This document shows, piece after piece, positions 53,669 to 62,773 of a DNA stretch of 64,000 nucleotides. Source of the DNA: an uncultured Thermotogae bacterium (GTDB lineage: Bacteria; Bipolaricaulota; Bipolaricaulia; UBA7950; UBA9294). The translations under genes were made by a program, and so were the position numbers. Every line of letters starts with the position of its first letter. Positions within the stretch are counted from its first letter, which is position 1. The notes beneath the pieces were generated by a model that saw only the letters and a list, made by a program, of their open reading frames with translations, was not told where the DNA came from and did no database searches. The DNA lies in the NCBI GenBank assembly GCA_964570515.1, contig CAZMYM010000002.1:89045-153044 (forward strand), read 5' to 3'.

Positions 53669-54164
53669 CCGTCTCTCCCTTCGCCAGCTGGCGGACGACG
53701 CCGCATGCAAGGCCAAGCGAGAATCCGCGACGGGTAAGAAAGCCGACCGTCCGACGTTCCCGCTTCACCGGGTCGACCCCGCTCAGCCGCTCGTAGCGCT
53801 CCCGCGCCAAGCGCCAGATCAGATCCCTCTCCATCGGCTCAGGGTAGTGCTCGGCAAGTGCAGCTTCGGCGATCGATTTCGGGACGCCCTTCTCGTGGAG
53901 TTCTCGGGCCACCGCGCGGCGAGAGAGCGGATGATACTGCACGCGATCACCGACCCACAGGCGCGCGAAGGCGCTGTCGTCGATCATTCCTGCATCCTTC
54001 GCCACCGCCACCGCCTGTTCGATCTCTCCCTTGGCGTAGCCGCGTCCCTCGAGGCGACTGCGCGCCTCGTGCTCGCTCCTAGGGCGAACCTTCAGAAGTC
54101 GGACGAGGTACGTCCAGGAATCACTCGTCGTCGGCCTCCTTGGAGGGTTCCTTCTTGGGCGCAT
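53661..54164 (-). CDS. recX: Recombination regulator RecX
   Basis: [53 protein letters not shown]... shows three-helix repeats typical of RecX. The only in-frame ATG (54164) lies inside the recA 3' repeats. 8-nt overlap with ispF. Confidence 0.65.
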   Translation of the reverse strand: MRPRRNPPRRPTTSDSWTYLVRLLKVRPRSEHEARSRLEGRGYAKGEIEQAVAVAKDAGMIDDSAFARLWVGDRVQYHPLSRRAVARELHEKGVPKSIAEAALAEHYPEPMERDLIWRLARERYERLSGVDPVKRERRTVGFLTRRGFSLGLACGVVRQLAKGETDA

Positions 54165-55233
54165 CCTTCTTGGGCGCGTCCTCCTTGGGCGCGTCCTCCT
54201 TGGGCGCGTCCTCCTTGAGCGCGTCCTCCGACGAAGCGACCGCGAGCGGAAGGCCGGCCTTGGCGCGGATCTCCGCCTCGAGCTTCGCAGCGAGCGCCGG
54301 ATCCTCCTCGAGCGCCAGCGCGCTGTTGCCGATTCCCTGTCCCAGGCGCTCGTCTCCGAAGGAATACCACGCGCCGCTTCGCGAGACGATGTCCAGCGCC
54401 GCTCCGGTGTTGACCAAATCGCGCTCACGGACGATCCCGCGGCCGTAGATGACGTCGAACGTCGCCTCCTTGAACGGCGGGGCGACCTTGTTCTTGACGA
54501 CGCGCACGTTGACGTGCGTACCGACCCGTTCGGCTCCATCTTCGATCCTGCCCGAGTTCCACAGCTGCAGCCGGATCGACGCGTAGAACTTGAGTGCCCA
54601 TCCTCCGCTCGTCGTCGTCGTCGCGCCGTAACGCGCCCCGCTGATCGTCGATCGGAGCTGGTTCGTGAACACGACCATTGTGTTTGACTGCGAGATCGCG
54701 CCGGACAGCTTCCGCATCGCCTGACTCATGAGACGGGCTTGCAGCCCGACCTGGGAGTCACCCATCTGTCCCTCGATCTCGGCTGTCGGCACCAGGGCGG
54801 CGACGGAGTCGATGACGATGATGTCGACGGCGCCGCTCCGAGTCAGCTGCTCGGTGATCTCCAGCGCCTGCTCTCCCGAGTTCGGCTGCGACAGGAGAAG
54901 ATGATCGAGATCCACGCCGAGCGCGCGAGTGTACGTTGGGTCGACCGCGTGCTCCGCGTCGATGAAGGCGGCTGTGCCGCCGCGCCTCTGCACTTCGGCA
55001 ATCATGTGAAGCGCCACGGTCGTCTTTCCGCTCGACTCCGAGCCGAAGATTTCGATGATCCGACCCCGCGGCACGCCTCCGACGCCGAGCGCGATGTCGA
55101 GAGCGAGCGACCCGGTCGAGACCGACTCCACTTGGAGAACCTGCGCCCCGTCGCCGAGCCACATGATCGCTCCGTCGCCGTAGGTCTTCTTGATGTGCTT
55201 GAGAGTGCTTTCGAGAACTTCCCGCTTACCCAT
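54121..55233 (-). CDS. recA: Recombinase RecA with repeat-extended C-terminal tail
   Basis: [16 protein letters not shown] (Walker A) and [10 protein letters not shown] (Walker B). 370 aa, ending ...[34 protein letters not shown]. Confidence 0.95.
   Translation of the reverse strand: MGKREVLESTLKHIKKTYGDGAIMWLGDGAQVLQVESVSTGSLALDIALGVGGVPRGRIIEIFGSESSGKTTVALHMIAEVQRRGGTAAFIDAEHAVDPTYTRALGVDLDHLLLSQPNSGEQALEITEQLTRSGAVDIIVIDSVAALVPTAEIEGQMGDSQVGLQARLMSQAMRKLSGAISQSNTMVVFTNQLRSTISGARYGATTTTSGGWALKFYASIRLQLWNSGRIEDGAERVGTHVNVRVVKNKVAPPFKEATFDVIYGRGIVRERDLVNTGAALDIVSRSGAWYSFGDERLGQGIGNSALALEEDPALAAKLEAEIRAKAGLPLAVASSEDALKEDAPKEDAPKEDAPKKDAPKKEPSKEADDE
54151..54225. repeat. Five tandem 15-bp repeats inside the recA 3' end
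   Basis: CTTCTTGGGCGCATC / CTTCTTGGGCGCGTC / CTCCTTGGGCGCGTC x2 / CTCCTTGAGCGCGTC, read directly from the sequence. Confidence 0.9.
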
Positions 55234-55265
55234 GCTTGATGCCCCCTACCTCTTGTCTGTCCGAC

Positions 55266-55294
55266 ATTCTAGGATAATTCGGTGCGTTATTCAA
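55266..55294 (-). promoter_or_regulatory. Sigma-70-like promoter of recA
   Basis: On the minus strand: TTGAAT, 17-nt spacer, TAGAAT, about 33 nt upstream of the recA ATG. I found no convincing LexA box. Confidence 0.45.
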
Positions 55295-55352
55295 CGGCGC
55301 CAATGAACTACGGCGTGAAGCTTACCGAGATGTTGGATTCTTCGTTCCTGAC

Positions 55353-56303
55353 TCAATCTTGGCCATTTGCTCTCAGCCTCTCCATCTCTTGGACGAATCG
55401 CTCCGCCTCGCTCCGCCGTGTGCCCGAAAGCGCAATGCGTCCGCCCGGAGTCTGGATCACCAACCGCCCACGTCGGAAGCCCCACTTGATCCGATCGAGC
55501 TTCAACTCACGGGCCAATTCGGACGCCTCGACCGATTTTCGCAGCAGGCGCCCAAGGAGCCGACTCATGGCTCGCTGCAACAGCGCCGATAATACGCCAT
55601 CCTCATCGGACCTGGCAGCACGAAGCGTCTCCAGCGCCTCCCGGACCTCCTTCTTCGGATCCTTCGCGAATTCGACTATCACCGACGCTCCCTCCGTGAG
55701 AATCAGCGTCAGCCGATCCCTCGCGTCCGAGACGCGTGCAACCTCTCGCAGCCACGTAACCTCGGCGATTCGCTCCAATCCGACGCCCCGGATGCTCCTC
55801 GAGCCGAGCGGCGTGAACCGCAGCTCGGGGGGAAGCGTAGTCGCCTCACAGATCTCCTCCGCCACAAGGATCTGTCCGCCCTTTGCCAGGGCGGACAGGC
55901 GCTGGGCGACGTTGACGGAGTGGCCAATGAAGTCGATGTCGGTCATTACCGGCGTTCCGCTGGAGATGCCGACGCCCACGTCGATCGGCTCCTCGGACGC
56001 CGCGCGATTCCGCTCTCGGACCGCTCGCTGAATGCCGACGGCGGCCTGAATGGCGTCGATCGGCCGCTCGAAGGCGGCCATGATACCGTCGCCGAGGGAC
56101 TTCACGACGATCCCGTATTCGTCGATCCGCGCGCGGAGGATTCCCTCGTGGAGCTGCGAAAGGCGGAAGGCCGCCTGATCTCCTTGGCTGGCCGTGAACG
56201 CGGAGAACCCACGCAGATCGCTGAACAGAAGCGCGATCGTCTCACCCGCGTCGATCTGCGCGCGCAGGACTTGGCGGATCTTCAGCGTTCGGCTCCATGA
56301 CAC
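55353..56303 (-). CDS. Class III adenylate/guanylate cyclase with uncharacterised C-terminal domain
   Basis: ALLFSDLRGFSAF, KSLGDGIMAAF and GISSGTPV...GHSVNVAQRL. GTG start at 56303, 9 nt after AGGAGG. The track ORF extends to 56609. Confidence 0.8.
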   Translation of the reverse strand: MSWSRTLKIRQVLRAQIDAGETIALLFSDLRGFSAFTASQGDQAAFRLSQLHEGILRARIDEYGIVVKSLGDGIMAAFERPIDAIQAAVGIQRAVRERNRAASEEPIDVGVGISSGTPVMTDIDFIGHSVNVAQRLSALAKGGQILVAEEICEATTLPPELRFTPLGSRSIRGVGLERIAEVTWLREVARVSDARDRLTLILTEGASVIVEFAKDPKKEVREALETLRAARSDEDGVLSALLQRAMSRLLGRLLRKSVEASELARELKLDRIKWGFRRGRLVIQTPGGRIALSGTRRSEAERFVQEMERLRANGQD

Positions 56304-56351
56304 GAGAATCGGCCTCCTGACTGGAAAGGGGAATCGCCGTATTATACTATC

Positions 56352-56441
56352 GAATCCGGCCTGGGGCCGGACGCGAACCCGGGTTGGGCCGGATAAGGGA
56401 GCACTCACTTCCGACCGAATCGAACCCGGGTTGGGGCCGGA
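56352..56441. repeat. Three ~20-nt direct repeats in the cyclase / cNMP-binding intergenic region
   Basis: GAATCCGGCCTGGGGCCGGA (56352), GAACCCGGGTTGGGCCGGA (56375) and GAACCCGGGTTGGGGCCGGA (56422). The last two are each followed by (A)AGGAGC(A/G)C. Confidence 0.8.
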
Positions 56442-56487
56442 CGAAGGAGCGCACTTGCGCTCCCAGACAGAACGAGGAGGAGCGCAC

Positions 56488-56916
56488 ATGGACCAGAAGA
56501 AGATCATCCCTCTCCTGAAGAAGACACCCATTTTCGCCAAGACGAGCGAGTCGAGCCTGAAAACGATGCTCAAGGCTTCGATCGAGAAGGCCGTCCAGGC
56601 GGGCGACAAGCTCGTCGAGAGGGGAGAGACGGGAGCGGGATTCTACCTGATCCTCGCGGGCCAGGCCGAGGTGATCGCCGGCGGTGAGAAGCTCGCGAAA
56701 TTCGGCCCCGGAGACTTCTTCGGCGAACTCGCAGTCATCGACGGAGCGCCGCGAACGGCCGACGTCGTTGCCTTGACGGACACAACGTGCATCGTCGTGT
56801 CCCAGTGGGCGATGCGCAGCATCATCTCCTCTCACGCCGAGATCGCTTTGAGCATGCTCGAGGAACTCGCACGGCGGCTCCGCGCGACCGACGAGGCGCA
56901 CACGCCCTGCGACTGA
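56488..56916 (+). CDS. Stand-alone cyclic-nucleotide-binding domain protein
   Basis: 142 aa from ATG 56488 after GAGGAGGAG. FFGELAVIDGAPRTADVVA is the canonical cNMP phosphate-binding cassette. There is no HTH domain. Confidence 0.8.
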   Translation: MDQKKIIPLLKKTPIFAKTSESSLKTMLKASIEKAVQAGDKLVERGETGAGFYLILAGQAEVIAGGEKLAKFGPGDFFGELAVIDGAPRTADVVALTDTTCIVVSQWAMRSIISSHAEIALSMLEELARRLRATDEAHTPCD

Positions 56917-56920
56917 CGCC

Positions 56921-57658
56921 TTGAGAGACCGGATCCCCATCCTCTGTCTTGGGTCAGGGGCTGCCCTGACCGATGGCCGGCAATGGAATTCCCTGTTGAT
57001 CGATGGGAGATTCCTCCTCGATCTTCCTCCAACGGCGATTCCTCAGATGCACCGTTTGGGCGTCGATCCCAAGGCGATCGACGTGATCTTCATCAGCCAT
57101 CACCACGCCGACCACAACTTCGGACTTCCGTTCCTCCTCCTCGAGTACTGCGTGCGCTACGAGCGATCGGAGCCGCTCTTCATCGTCGGCCCCACGGGCC
57201 TGGAGGACAGGACGGAGCAGATGTGCGAGCTCGCGTGGCCGGAGATGCGAGCGAAGGACTTCCGTCCAAGAGTTCCCCTGCGGTTTGTGGAGATCCACAA
57301 CGAAGGTGAGTACTGCGCAGGCGATCTGAGCTTCACGGCCGTGCCTGTGGAACACTTCGGACTCGACGCGTTCGGGTATCGCTTCGCGTACAAGGGGAGG
57401 ACGGTCGCATACACCGGCGACACGGGCGAATGCGATCAGGTCAGTCGCCTACTCGACGACGCCGATGTCGCCATCATTGAGTTGACCCATCCGAAACCCT
57501 CGGAAGACCCTGGGCACCTCGATATCAACGAGGTCGTCCACCTGACGGCTGACCTCCGCGACCGCGGGGCCCTCGTGCTGGCAACGCACATGAGTGGAAC
57601 GCCAGACCCGATCAGCGGGATCACCATCTGCGAAGACGGCGAGACCTACTATGCGTAG
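56921..57658 (+). CDS. MBL-fold metallo-hydrolase
   Basis: FISHHHADHNFGLPFL (HxHxDH). 245 aa with a TTG start. Confidence 0.75.
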   Translation: MRDRIPILCLGSGAALTDGRQWNSLLIDGRFLLDLPPTAIPQMHRLGVDPKAIDVIFISHHHADHNFGLPFLLLEYCVRYERSEPLFIVGPTGLEDRTEQMCELAWPEMRAKDFRPRVPLRFVEIHNEGEYCAGDLSFTAVPVEHFGLDAFGYRFAYKGRTVAYTGDTGECDQVSRLLDDADVAIIELTHPKPSEDPGHLDINEVVHLTADLRDRGALVLATHMSGTPDPISGITICEDGETYYA

Positions 57659-57713
57659 TTCGTAGTTGGGTGCTTCGTGGTGCGGTCTTGCTTTGTTGGC
57701 GTCCTTGCGTGAG

Positions 57714-58322
57714 TCAGACTAGCGGAGATTCGCGTTGAGCCTGGTAGCAGCTTCGGCAACGCGCCTCGTACGTTTCGGCTCCCCCGATCTGAATGACGGG
57801 ACCGTCGGTCGGCGCCGGCTGCCCATCGACGAGGCGCTGGGACCGAGTGGCCATGCCTCCGCATTTCACGCATACGGCTTGAAGCTTGTCGACGCGGTCG
57901 GCGAGGGCCATCAGTCGCGGCATCGGCCCGAACGGCTCCTCGGCGAACGTGAGGTCGAGACCGGCCACGATCACGCGTTTCCCCGATCCCACGAGCACTT
58001 GGCACAAGCTTGGCAGCTTGTCGGAGAAGAAGTTCCCCTCATCGAATGCGATGACTGAGGCCAGATCGAGCGCCTCGGCGCCGACCGAGGCGATCAGGGT
58101 CTCCAGGGTCTCGCGGCCCGGCTCGAGGAGATGCGCATCGAACGCTCGCCCGTAGTGGGTCATCACCGAGTTCGTGCTGTAGCGATCATCGATCGTGGGC
58201 TTGAAGAGGAGGAGCTTTCCCCGCGCGATTCTCACTCGTTCCAGCCTTCGGATCAGCTCTTCGGTCTTCCCGGAGAACATGCATCCGGTGATCACCTCGA
58301 GCTGCCGCGCTTTCCCGTCCAT
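57714..58322 (-). CDS. tdk: Thymidine kinase
   Basis: GCMFSGKTEELIRRL P-loop and the C-terminal zinc motif CVKCG...CRSC. Confidence 0.9.
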   Translation of the reverse strand: MDGKARQLEVITGCMFSGKTEELIRRLERVRIARGKLLLFKPTIDDRYSTNSVMTHYGRAFDAHLLEPGRETLETLIASVGAEALDLASVIAFDEGNFFSDKLPSLCQVLVGSGKRVIVAGLDLTFAEEPFGPMPRLMALADRVDKLQAVCVKCGGMATRSQRLVDGQPAPTDGPVIQIGGAETYEARCRSCYQAQRESPLV

Positions 58323-58336
58323 CGCTTCGCCCCCTC

Positions 58337-59311
58337 TCAGTCTTCGGGCAGGAGTGCCGTCGTGTACAGCGCATCGAGTGGAAACTCGGTCGCGATCAAT
58401 CCGTTCTCGAAAAGGTACGCCTGCATCGCACGCCAGATCTCCGGATCATCGTGCCGCGCCCCCGCAGCGTACAACGGAAGGGTCGCGTCGAACGAGCGGC
58501 GATTCAGCTCGTCGTCCAGGTCCGGGTTTGCGGCCGAGAATCTGGAGAACGCCGTTGCGGGATTGCCCCGCGTATACGCAACCGCCTCGGAAAGCGCATC
58601 AAGCAGCGCGCGCAGGTCGCTCTCGCGTTTCTCGATCACACTCGGGTGCGCCACTAAGATGATGTCATAGGTCGCGGGGATGCAATACTCCTCCTGCGGG
58701 AAGAAGATCGGCTCCGCTCCCTGCAATTCGATCTGGATCGGTTCGAAGTTCCGGAACGCGCCGACGGCGTCGATCGACCCCGCCAGGAGCGACGGGATCG
58801 TCGCGTATCCGACGTTGACCAGCTCGACCTCGTCAATAGAAATCCCGACGCAGCGAAGCATCGTCTCCCACAGGATCGGCTCGAGCGGAGCGAGCGAGTA
58901 CCCGATCCGACGACCGCGAAGGTCCTCTGCGGCAGCGATTCCGGTGTTGAGTACAGCGAGAAGGCCGCCGAGATTCCGGTTGATCAGCGCGCCGATCGAC
59001 ACCAGCGGAAGGCCTTCCGACCGCGCAATCAGGTAGTTGATCTGGGGCGTCAACGCGACGTCGATCGCCCGTGCGGCGGCGAGTTTCACGGGATCGCTCG
59101 GGTTCGCCGGTACGATGATCTCCACGTCCACGCCACGATTTCGGAACAGCCCATCCTCGATGGCCACGTACAGCGGGACGTGATTCGGATTCGGGAAGAA
59201 GTCAAGGCTGATGCGGAGCGCTCTCGCTTCCTCTGGGGTGTGCAGAATGCCGATCAACAGGAACGCGAGGAAGACCCCGATGAGCACGGCCGCGATCAGT
59301 CCTCTGCGCAA
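58337..59311 (-). CDS. ABC transporter substrate-binding protein, NMT1/THI5-like (NitT/TauT family)
   Basis: 324 aa with an N-terminal anchor. SLDFFPNPNHVPLYVAIEDGLF is typical of the NMT1/THI5-like fold. Confidence 0.75.
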   Translation of the reverse strand: MRRGLIAAVLIGVFLAFLLIGILHTPEEARALRISLDFFPNPNHVPLYVAIEDGLFRNRGVDVEIIVPANPSDPVKLAAARAIDVALTPQINYLIARSEGLPLVSIGALINRNLGGLLAVLNTGIAAAEDLRGRRIGYSLAPLEPILWETMLRCVGISIDEVELVNVGYATIPSLLAGSIDAVGAFRNFEPIQIELQGAEPIFFPQEEYCIPATYDIILVAHPSVIEKRESDLRALLDALSEAVAYTRGNPATAFSRFSAANPDLDDELNRRSFDATLPLYAAGARHDDPEIWRAMQAYLFENGLIATEFPLDALYTTALLPED

Positions 59312-59336
59312 TGTGCCCCCTCGTCCTGGCTAGTGA

Positions 59337-60098
59337 CTACCCGGCGACTCGGCGCCGCCAGCGAAGCGCCCAACGCTCGATTATCCGGACGATCCCGAAC
59401 AGGAGCAAGCCGACGAGGGTGAGGGCGAGAATCGCCGCGAAGACCACATCGACGCGCAACAGCGCGTTCGACTGGAGCATCAGGAAGCCGAGTCCGCGCG
59501 AGGCGCCGATCCACTCCCCGATCGTGGCGCCGACGACGGAGAGCGTTGCGGCGATCTTCCACCCGCTGAAGAGGGCCGGCAGGCTCCCCGGCAGACGAAG
59601 TTTGACGAACACCTGCCAGCGTGACGCGCCCAGTGAGCGGAACAAGTCAATCGTTTCTCGGTTCGCCGAGCGCAGGCCGTCGACGCCGTTGATCACGATT
59701 GGGAAGAAGCCGATGAGCGCCGCCACGACGACCTTCGGCCAGAGCCCATATCCCAGCCAGACGATCAGGAGCGGCGCGATGGCGAACACGGGCACCATCT
59801 GAGAGGCGATGATCAGCGGATGAAACGCCCACTCGAGCACGGGGACGTAGACGACGGCCGCCGCCAGCAAGAACCCGGCGGCGCTCCCGAGGAGCAGGCC
59901 GAACACGATCTCGGCAAACGTGGTGACACTGTGAAACCACAGCAGACCGAAGCGAAGGACGAAGGTCGCGACGATTCGGCTCGGGGGCGGCAGGATGTAC
60001 CCAGGCACATGTGCGACCCTGGCTCCGAGTTCCCAGATCGCGAACAGGGTGACCAGAAGCAGGATCGGGGCCACAGTCCGCTTCACGCGCTCGTTCAT
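59337..60098 (-). CDS. ABC transporter permease (NitT/TauT family)
   Basis: 253 aa from ATG 60098 after GGGGAGGGAA, with six hydrophobic spans. The track ORF is over-extended to 60323. Confidence 0.8.
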   Translation of the reverse strand: MNERVKRTVAPILLLVTLFAIWELGARVAHVPGYILPPPSRIVATFVLRFGLLWFHSVTTFAEIVFGLLLGSAAGFLLAAAVVYVPVLEWAFHPLIIASQMVPVFAIAPLLIVWLGYGLWPKVVVAALIGFFPIVINGVDGLRSANRETIDLFRSLGASRWQVFVKLRLPGSLPALFSGWKIAATLSVVGATIGEWIGASRGLGFLMLQSNALLRVDVVFAAILALTLVGLLLFGIVRIIERWALRWRRRVAG

Positions 60099-60865
60099 AT
60101 TCCCTCCCCGGTGAGAAGCTCGAGGAGCGTCTCCTTCTGTGTGACGAAATCGGGAGCGGTTCTCGACCTCGGGCGCGCAAGAGTTGGCTCGATTCGCGCG
60201 CGAACGAGCGCCGGGCGCGGCGAGAAGACGAGAACGCGGTCGGAGAGAAGAAGCGCCTCTTCCACGTCGTGCGTCACCAACAGGACCGTCTTGCCGAGCT
60301 CTCGCCACACATCGAGAAGCCAACCCTGGAGCGTGGTGCGGGTGAGCGTATCGAGAGCACCGAGCGGTTCGTCGAGGAGGAGGATGTCGCGGTGCGCCAG
60401 GTAGGTTCGGATGACAGCCACGCGCTGACGCATCCCGCCGGACAGCTGGTTTGGGTATAGGCGTTCGGCCTCCGAAAGGCCGAACCGGGCGAACAGACTT
60501 CGCGCTTCGGAGAGGGATTCAGCGCGCGGGTGCCGTGCGATCTCCGAGGAGAGCACCGCGTTGTGTAAGGCACTCCGCCACGGAAGAAGCGTGTCCTGTT
60601 GGGGAAGATAGGCCATCGCGTTTGCGCGCGGCTCGACCGAGTCACCGACCGTGATTCGTCCTCGATCGAGCTCGATCAGTCCGACGAGAACGCGTAGCAG
60701 TGTGGTCTTCCCGCACCCGGAAGGTCCGAGGCACGTCGTCCACGTCCCGCGCTCCATCGCGAACGAGACGTCGGAGAGGACCTCCGTCCGTCCCGGCTTC
60801 GATGGGAAGCTTACGGACAGCCCCACGGCCTCAAGGATGCCTCTCTCGGTTCTCTCCTGCCGCAC
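60095..60865 (-). CDS. ABC transporter ATP-binding protein (NitT/TauT family)
   Basis: GPSGCGKTTLLRVL, LSGGMRQRVAVIRTYL and ILLLDEPLGALD. GTG start; 4-nt overlap with the permease. Confidence 0.9.
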   Translation of the reverse strand: MRQERTERGILEAVGLSVSFPSKPGRTEVLSDVSFAMERGTWTTCLGPSGCGKTTLLRVLVGLIELDRGRITVGDSVEPRANAMAYLPQQDTLLPWRSALHNAVLSSEIARHPRAESLSEARSLFARFGLSEAERLYPNQLSGGMRQRVAVIRTYLAHRDILLLDEPLGALDTLTRTTLQGWLLDVWRELGKTVLLVTHDVEEALLLSDRVLVFSPRPALVRARIEPTLARPRSRTAPDFVTQKETLLELLTGEGI

Positions 60866-61101
60866 AATCGGCCCTCGCCTGCGTCACCCCATCGAGAGGA
60901 TGCACGCTATCCCCAGCATTGTAGCAGGCGCCTCGGCGTCGCCGGCGGAATCGGAGTCGGCGATGCGCACCCCGGTCTCGGGACTGCCTGTCGGCCCAGG
61001 AAACCCCATCCACGTTCAAGCTCGGGACAGCCGTGGAGGATCGCAAGATAGCATGACGAAGAGCGAAGCCCGCTCTGATGAGCAGATCGACTCCGCCGAT
61101 G

Positions 61102-62283
61102 CTAGGACACGTTGTCCATCCAGTCGCTCGGAAGCCGACGAAGGCGTTGCGAAGCTTCAACGATCCGGTCGGTCGACGCCGTCGCCGAGACGCGAAGAAA
61201 GCCTCTGCCCGCCGACCCGAAGAACGTGCCCGGTGAGACGGAGATGCCCGTGGCCTCAAGCAAGTGCAACGCCAAGGCCTCGGAATCCACACCCGGTGGC
61301 AGGCGAACCCAGAGGTAGAGCGTGGCACGCGGGAGGGAAGCATCGAGCCCGGCGGCGTTCAGCGCTTCGACGAGCATCGCCAGACGCTGACGATAGACCT
61401 CGTTGCGCGCGGCGATCCAGTCGGAATCGACGCTCAGCGCTCGGACCGCGGCATCTTGGATTGGGAGGAAGACGCCGGAATCCACGTTCGACTTGATCTG
61501 GGCGAGCAGCGCAAGGGCATCGGGCTGACCGACGGCCATCCCGACCCGCCATCCGGCCATGTTGAACGTTTTCGACACCGAGTTGAACTCGACCGCGATG
61601 TCGGCCGCGCCGGGAACCTGGAGAACACTGGGGGCGACGTACCCATCGAACGTCACGTCGGCGTACGGAGCGTCGTGGCAAAGGAGAAGGTCGTTCGTTC
61701 TGGCGAACTCGACGGCCTCGGCAAGGAATGTGAGATCCGCCGTGGCTCCGGTCGGGTTGTTGGGGTAGTTGAGCCAGAGCATGACGGCTCGGCGCACGGT
61801 CTCCATCGGAAGGGATTGGAGGTTCGGTACGAACGCCCGCTCCTCGACGAGCGGGAAGAAAGCGGGGTTCCCGCCCGCGAGCAAGGCCCCTCGGGCGTAC
61901 GGGGCATACCCCGGATCCGGCACAAGGACCACGTCTCCCGGATCGAGACAGGCGAGAGACAGGTTGACGATCCCTTCCTTCGAGCCCAGTAGGGGAACGA
62001 TCTGCGTCTCCGGATCGAGCGTGACGCCGAATCGGCGTGCATAGAACGTCGCAATCGCCTCACGCAATCGCGGCGTGCCGCGAAATCCGGGATACCCGTG
62101 ATGATCGGCGCTCCGTGCCGAGGTGCAGAGCGCGTCGGTCACGGCGTCAGGCGGTGGAAGGTCGGGGTTTCCCATGTCCAAACGGATCACATCGATCCCT
62201 TCATCCGCTGCACGCTGACAGGCTGCGTTCCAGCGGACGAACGGATACGGCGGCACGTCCTGCAATCGTCCCGAGGGCTTCAC
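61102..62283 (-). CDS. PLP-dependent aminotransferase class I/II (LL-diaminopimelate aminotransferase-like)
   Basis: 393 aa. IRLDMGNPDLPPP, YPGFRGTPRLREA and SVSKTFNMAGWRVG (PLP lysine). Confidence 0.8.
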   Translation of the reverse strand: MKPSGRLQDVPPYPFVRWNAACQRAADEGIDVIRLDMGNPDLPPPDAVTDALCTSARSADHHGYPGFRGTPRLREAIATFYARRFGVTLDPETQIVPLLGSKEGIVNLSLACLDPGDVVLVPDPGYAPYARGALLAGGNPAFFPLVEERAFVPNLQSLPMETVRRAVMLWLNYPNNPTGATADLTFLAEAVEFARTNDLLLCHDAPYADVTFDGYVAPSVLQVPGAADIAVEFNSVSKTFNMAGWRVGMAVGQPDALALLAQIKSNVDSGVFLPIQDAAVRALSVDSDWIAARNEVYRQRLAMLVEALNAAGLDASLPRATLYLWVRLPPGVDSEALALHLLEATGISVSPGTFFGSAGRGFLRVSATASTDRIVEASQRLRRLPSDWMDNVS

Positions 62284-62284
62284 G

Positions 62285-62773
62285 CTACGCGCCCTCGGAC
62301 GATGGCTGCATGCCGCGGACGTGGTCGACGATAGACGTCAACCCCAGAAGGTAGCTGCGCGGACCGAATCCCCCGATCTGACCCAGACAGACCGGCGCGA
62401 TCAACGAGCGTCGCCGGAAGTCCTCTCGGGCGTGAACGTTGGATAGATGGACCTCGACCGCCGGCAGCCCGACGGCCACGATCGCGTCCCTGAGGGCGAC
62501 GCTCGTGTGGGTGTACGCTGCGGGGTTGATCACGATCCCGTCGGCCCAGCTCGCCGCGTCGTGAATCGCGTCGATCAGCTCGCCCTCATGATTCGACTGG
62601 GTCGTCCGAATCTCGACGTCTCTCTCCGCGGCCGCTCTGCGGAGCGCCTCGTCGATCTCCGACAGTGTCGTAGGGCCGTAGACGTCCGGCTCGCGCGTCC
62701 CGAGAAGGTTGAGATTCGGCCCATGCACGACGAGGATGCGTACGCGTGTCTTGCCTTTCGACTGCGACATCAT
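62285..62773 (-). CDS. aroQ: Type II 3-dehydroquinate dehydratase
   Basis: [17 protein letters not shown]..., [10 protein letters not shown] and [15 protein letters not shown]. Confidence 0.9.
   Translation of the reverse strand: MMSQSKGKTRVRILVVHGPNLNLLGTREPDVYGPTTLSEIDEALRRAAAERDVEIRTTQSNHEGELIDAIHDAASWADGIVINPAAYTHTSVALRDAIVAVGLPAVEVHLSNVHAREDFRRRSLIAPVCLGQIGGFGPRSYLLGLTSIVDHVRGMQPSSEGA

Noticed and set aside
54165-54539. Upstream part of the 292-aa ORF 53661-54539 with RRTRP repeats
   Set aside because: It is an out-of-frame reading of the recA 3' end and its 15-bp repeats. Only the RecX-like part from Met 54164 is plausible.
55234-55352. LexA/SOS box upstream of recA
   Set aside because: Only a short CGTT-GAAT-AACG palindrome is present. 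There is no CTGT-N8-ACAG or GAAC-N4-GTTC type box, so no operator call was made.
60866-61101. TPP riboswitch
   Set aside because: The conserved elements GGGGUGC, CUGAGA, ACCUGA and AGGGA are not present in the required order on the coding strand. Only a reversed CCGAGA..GGGGTGC coincidence is seen.
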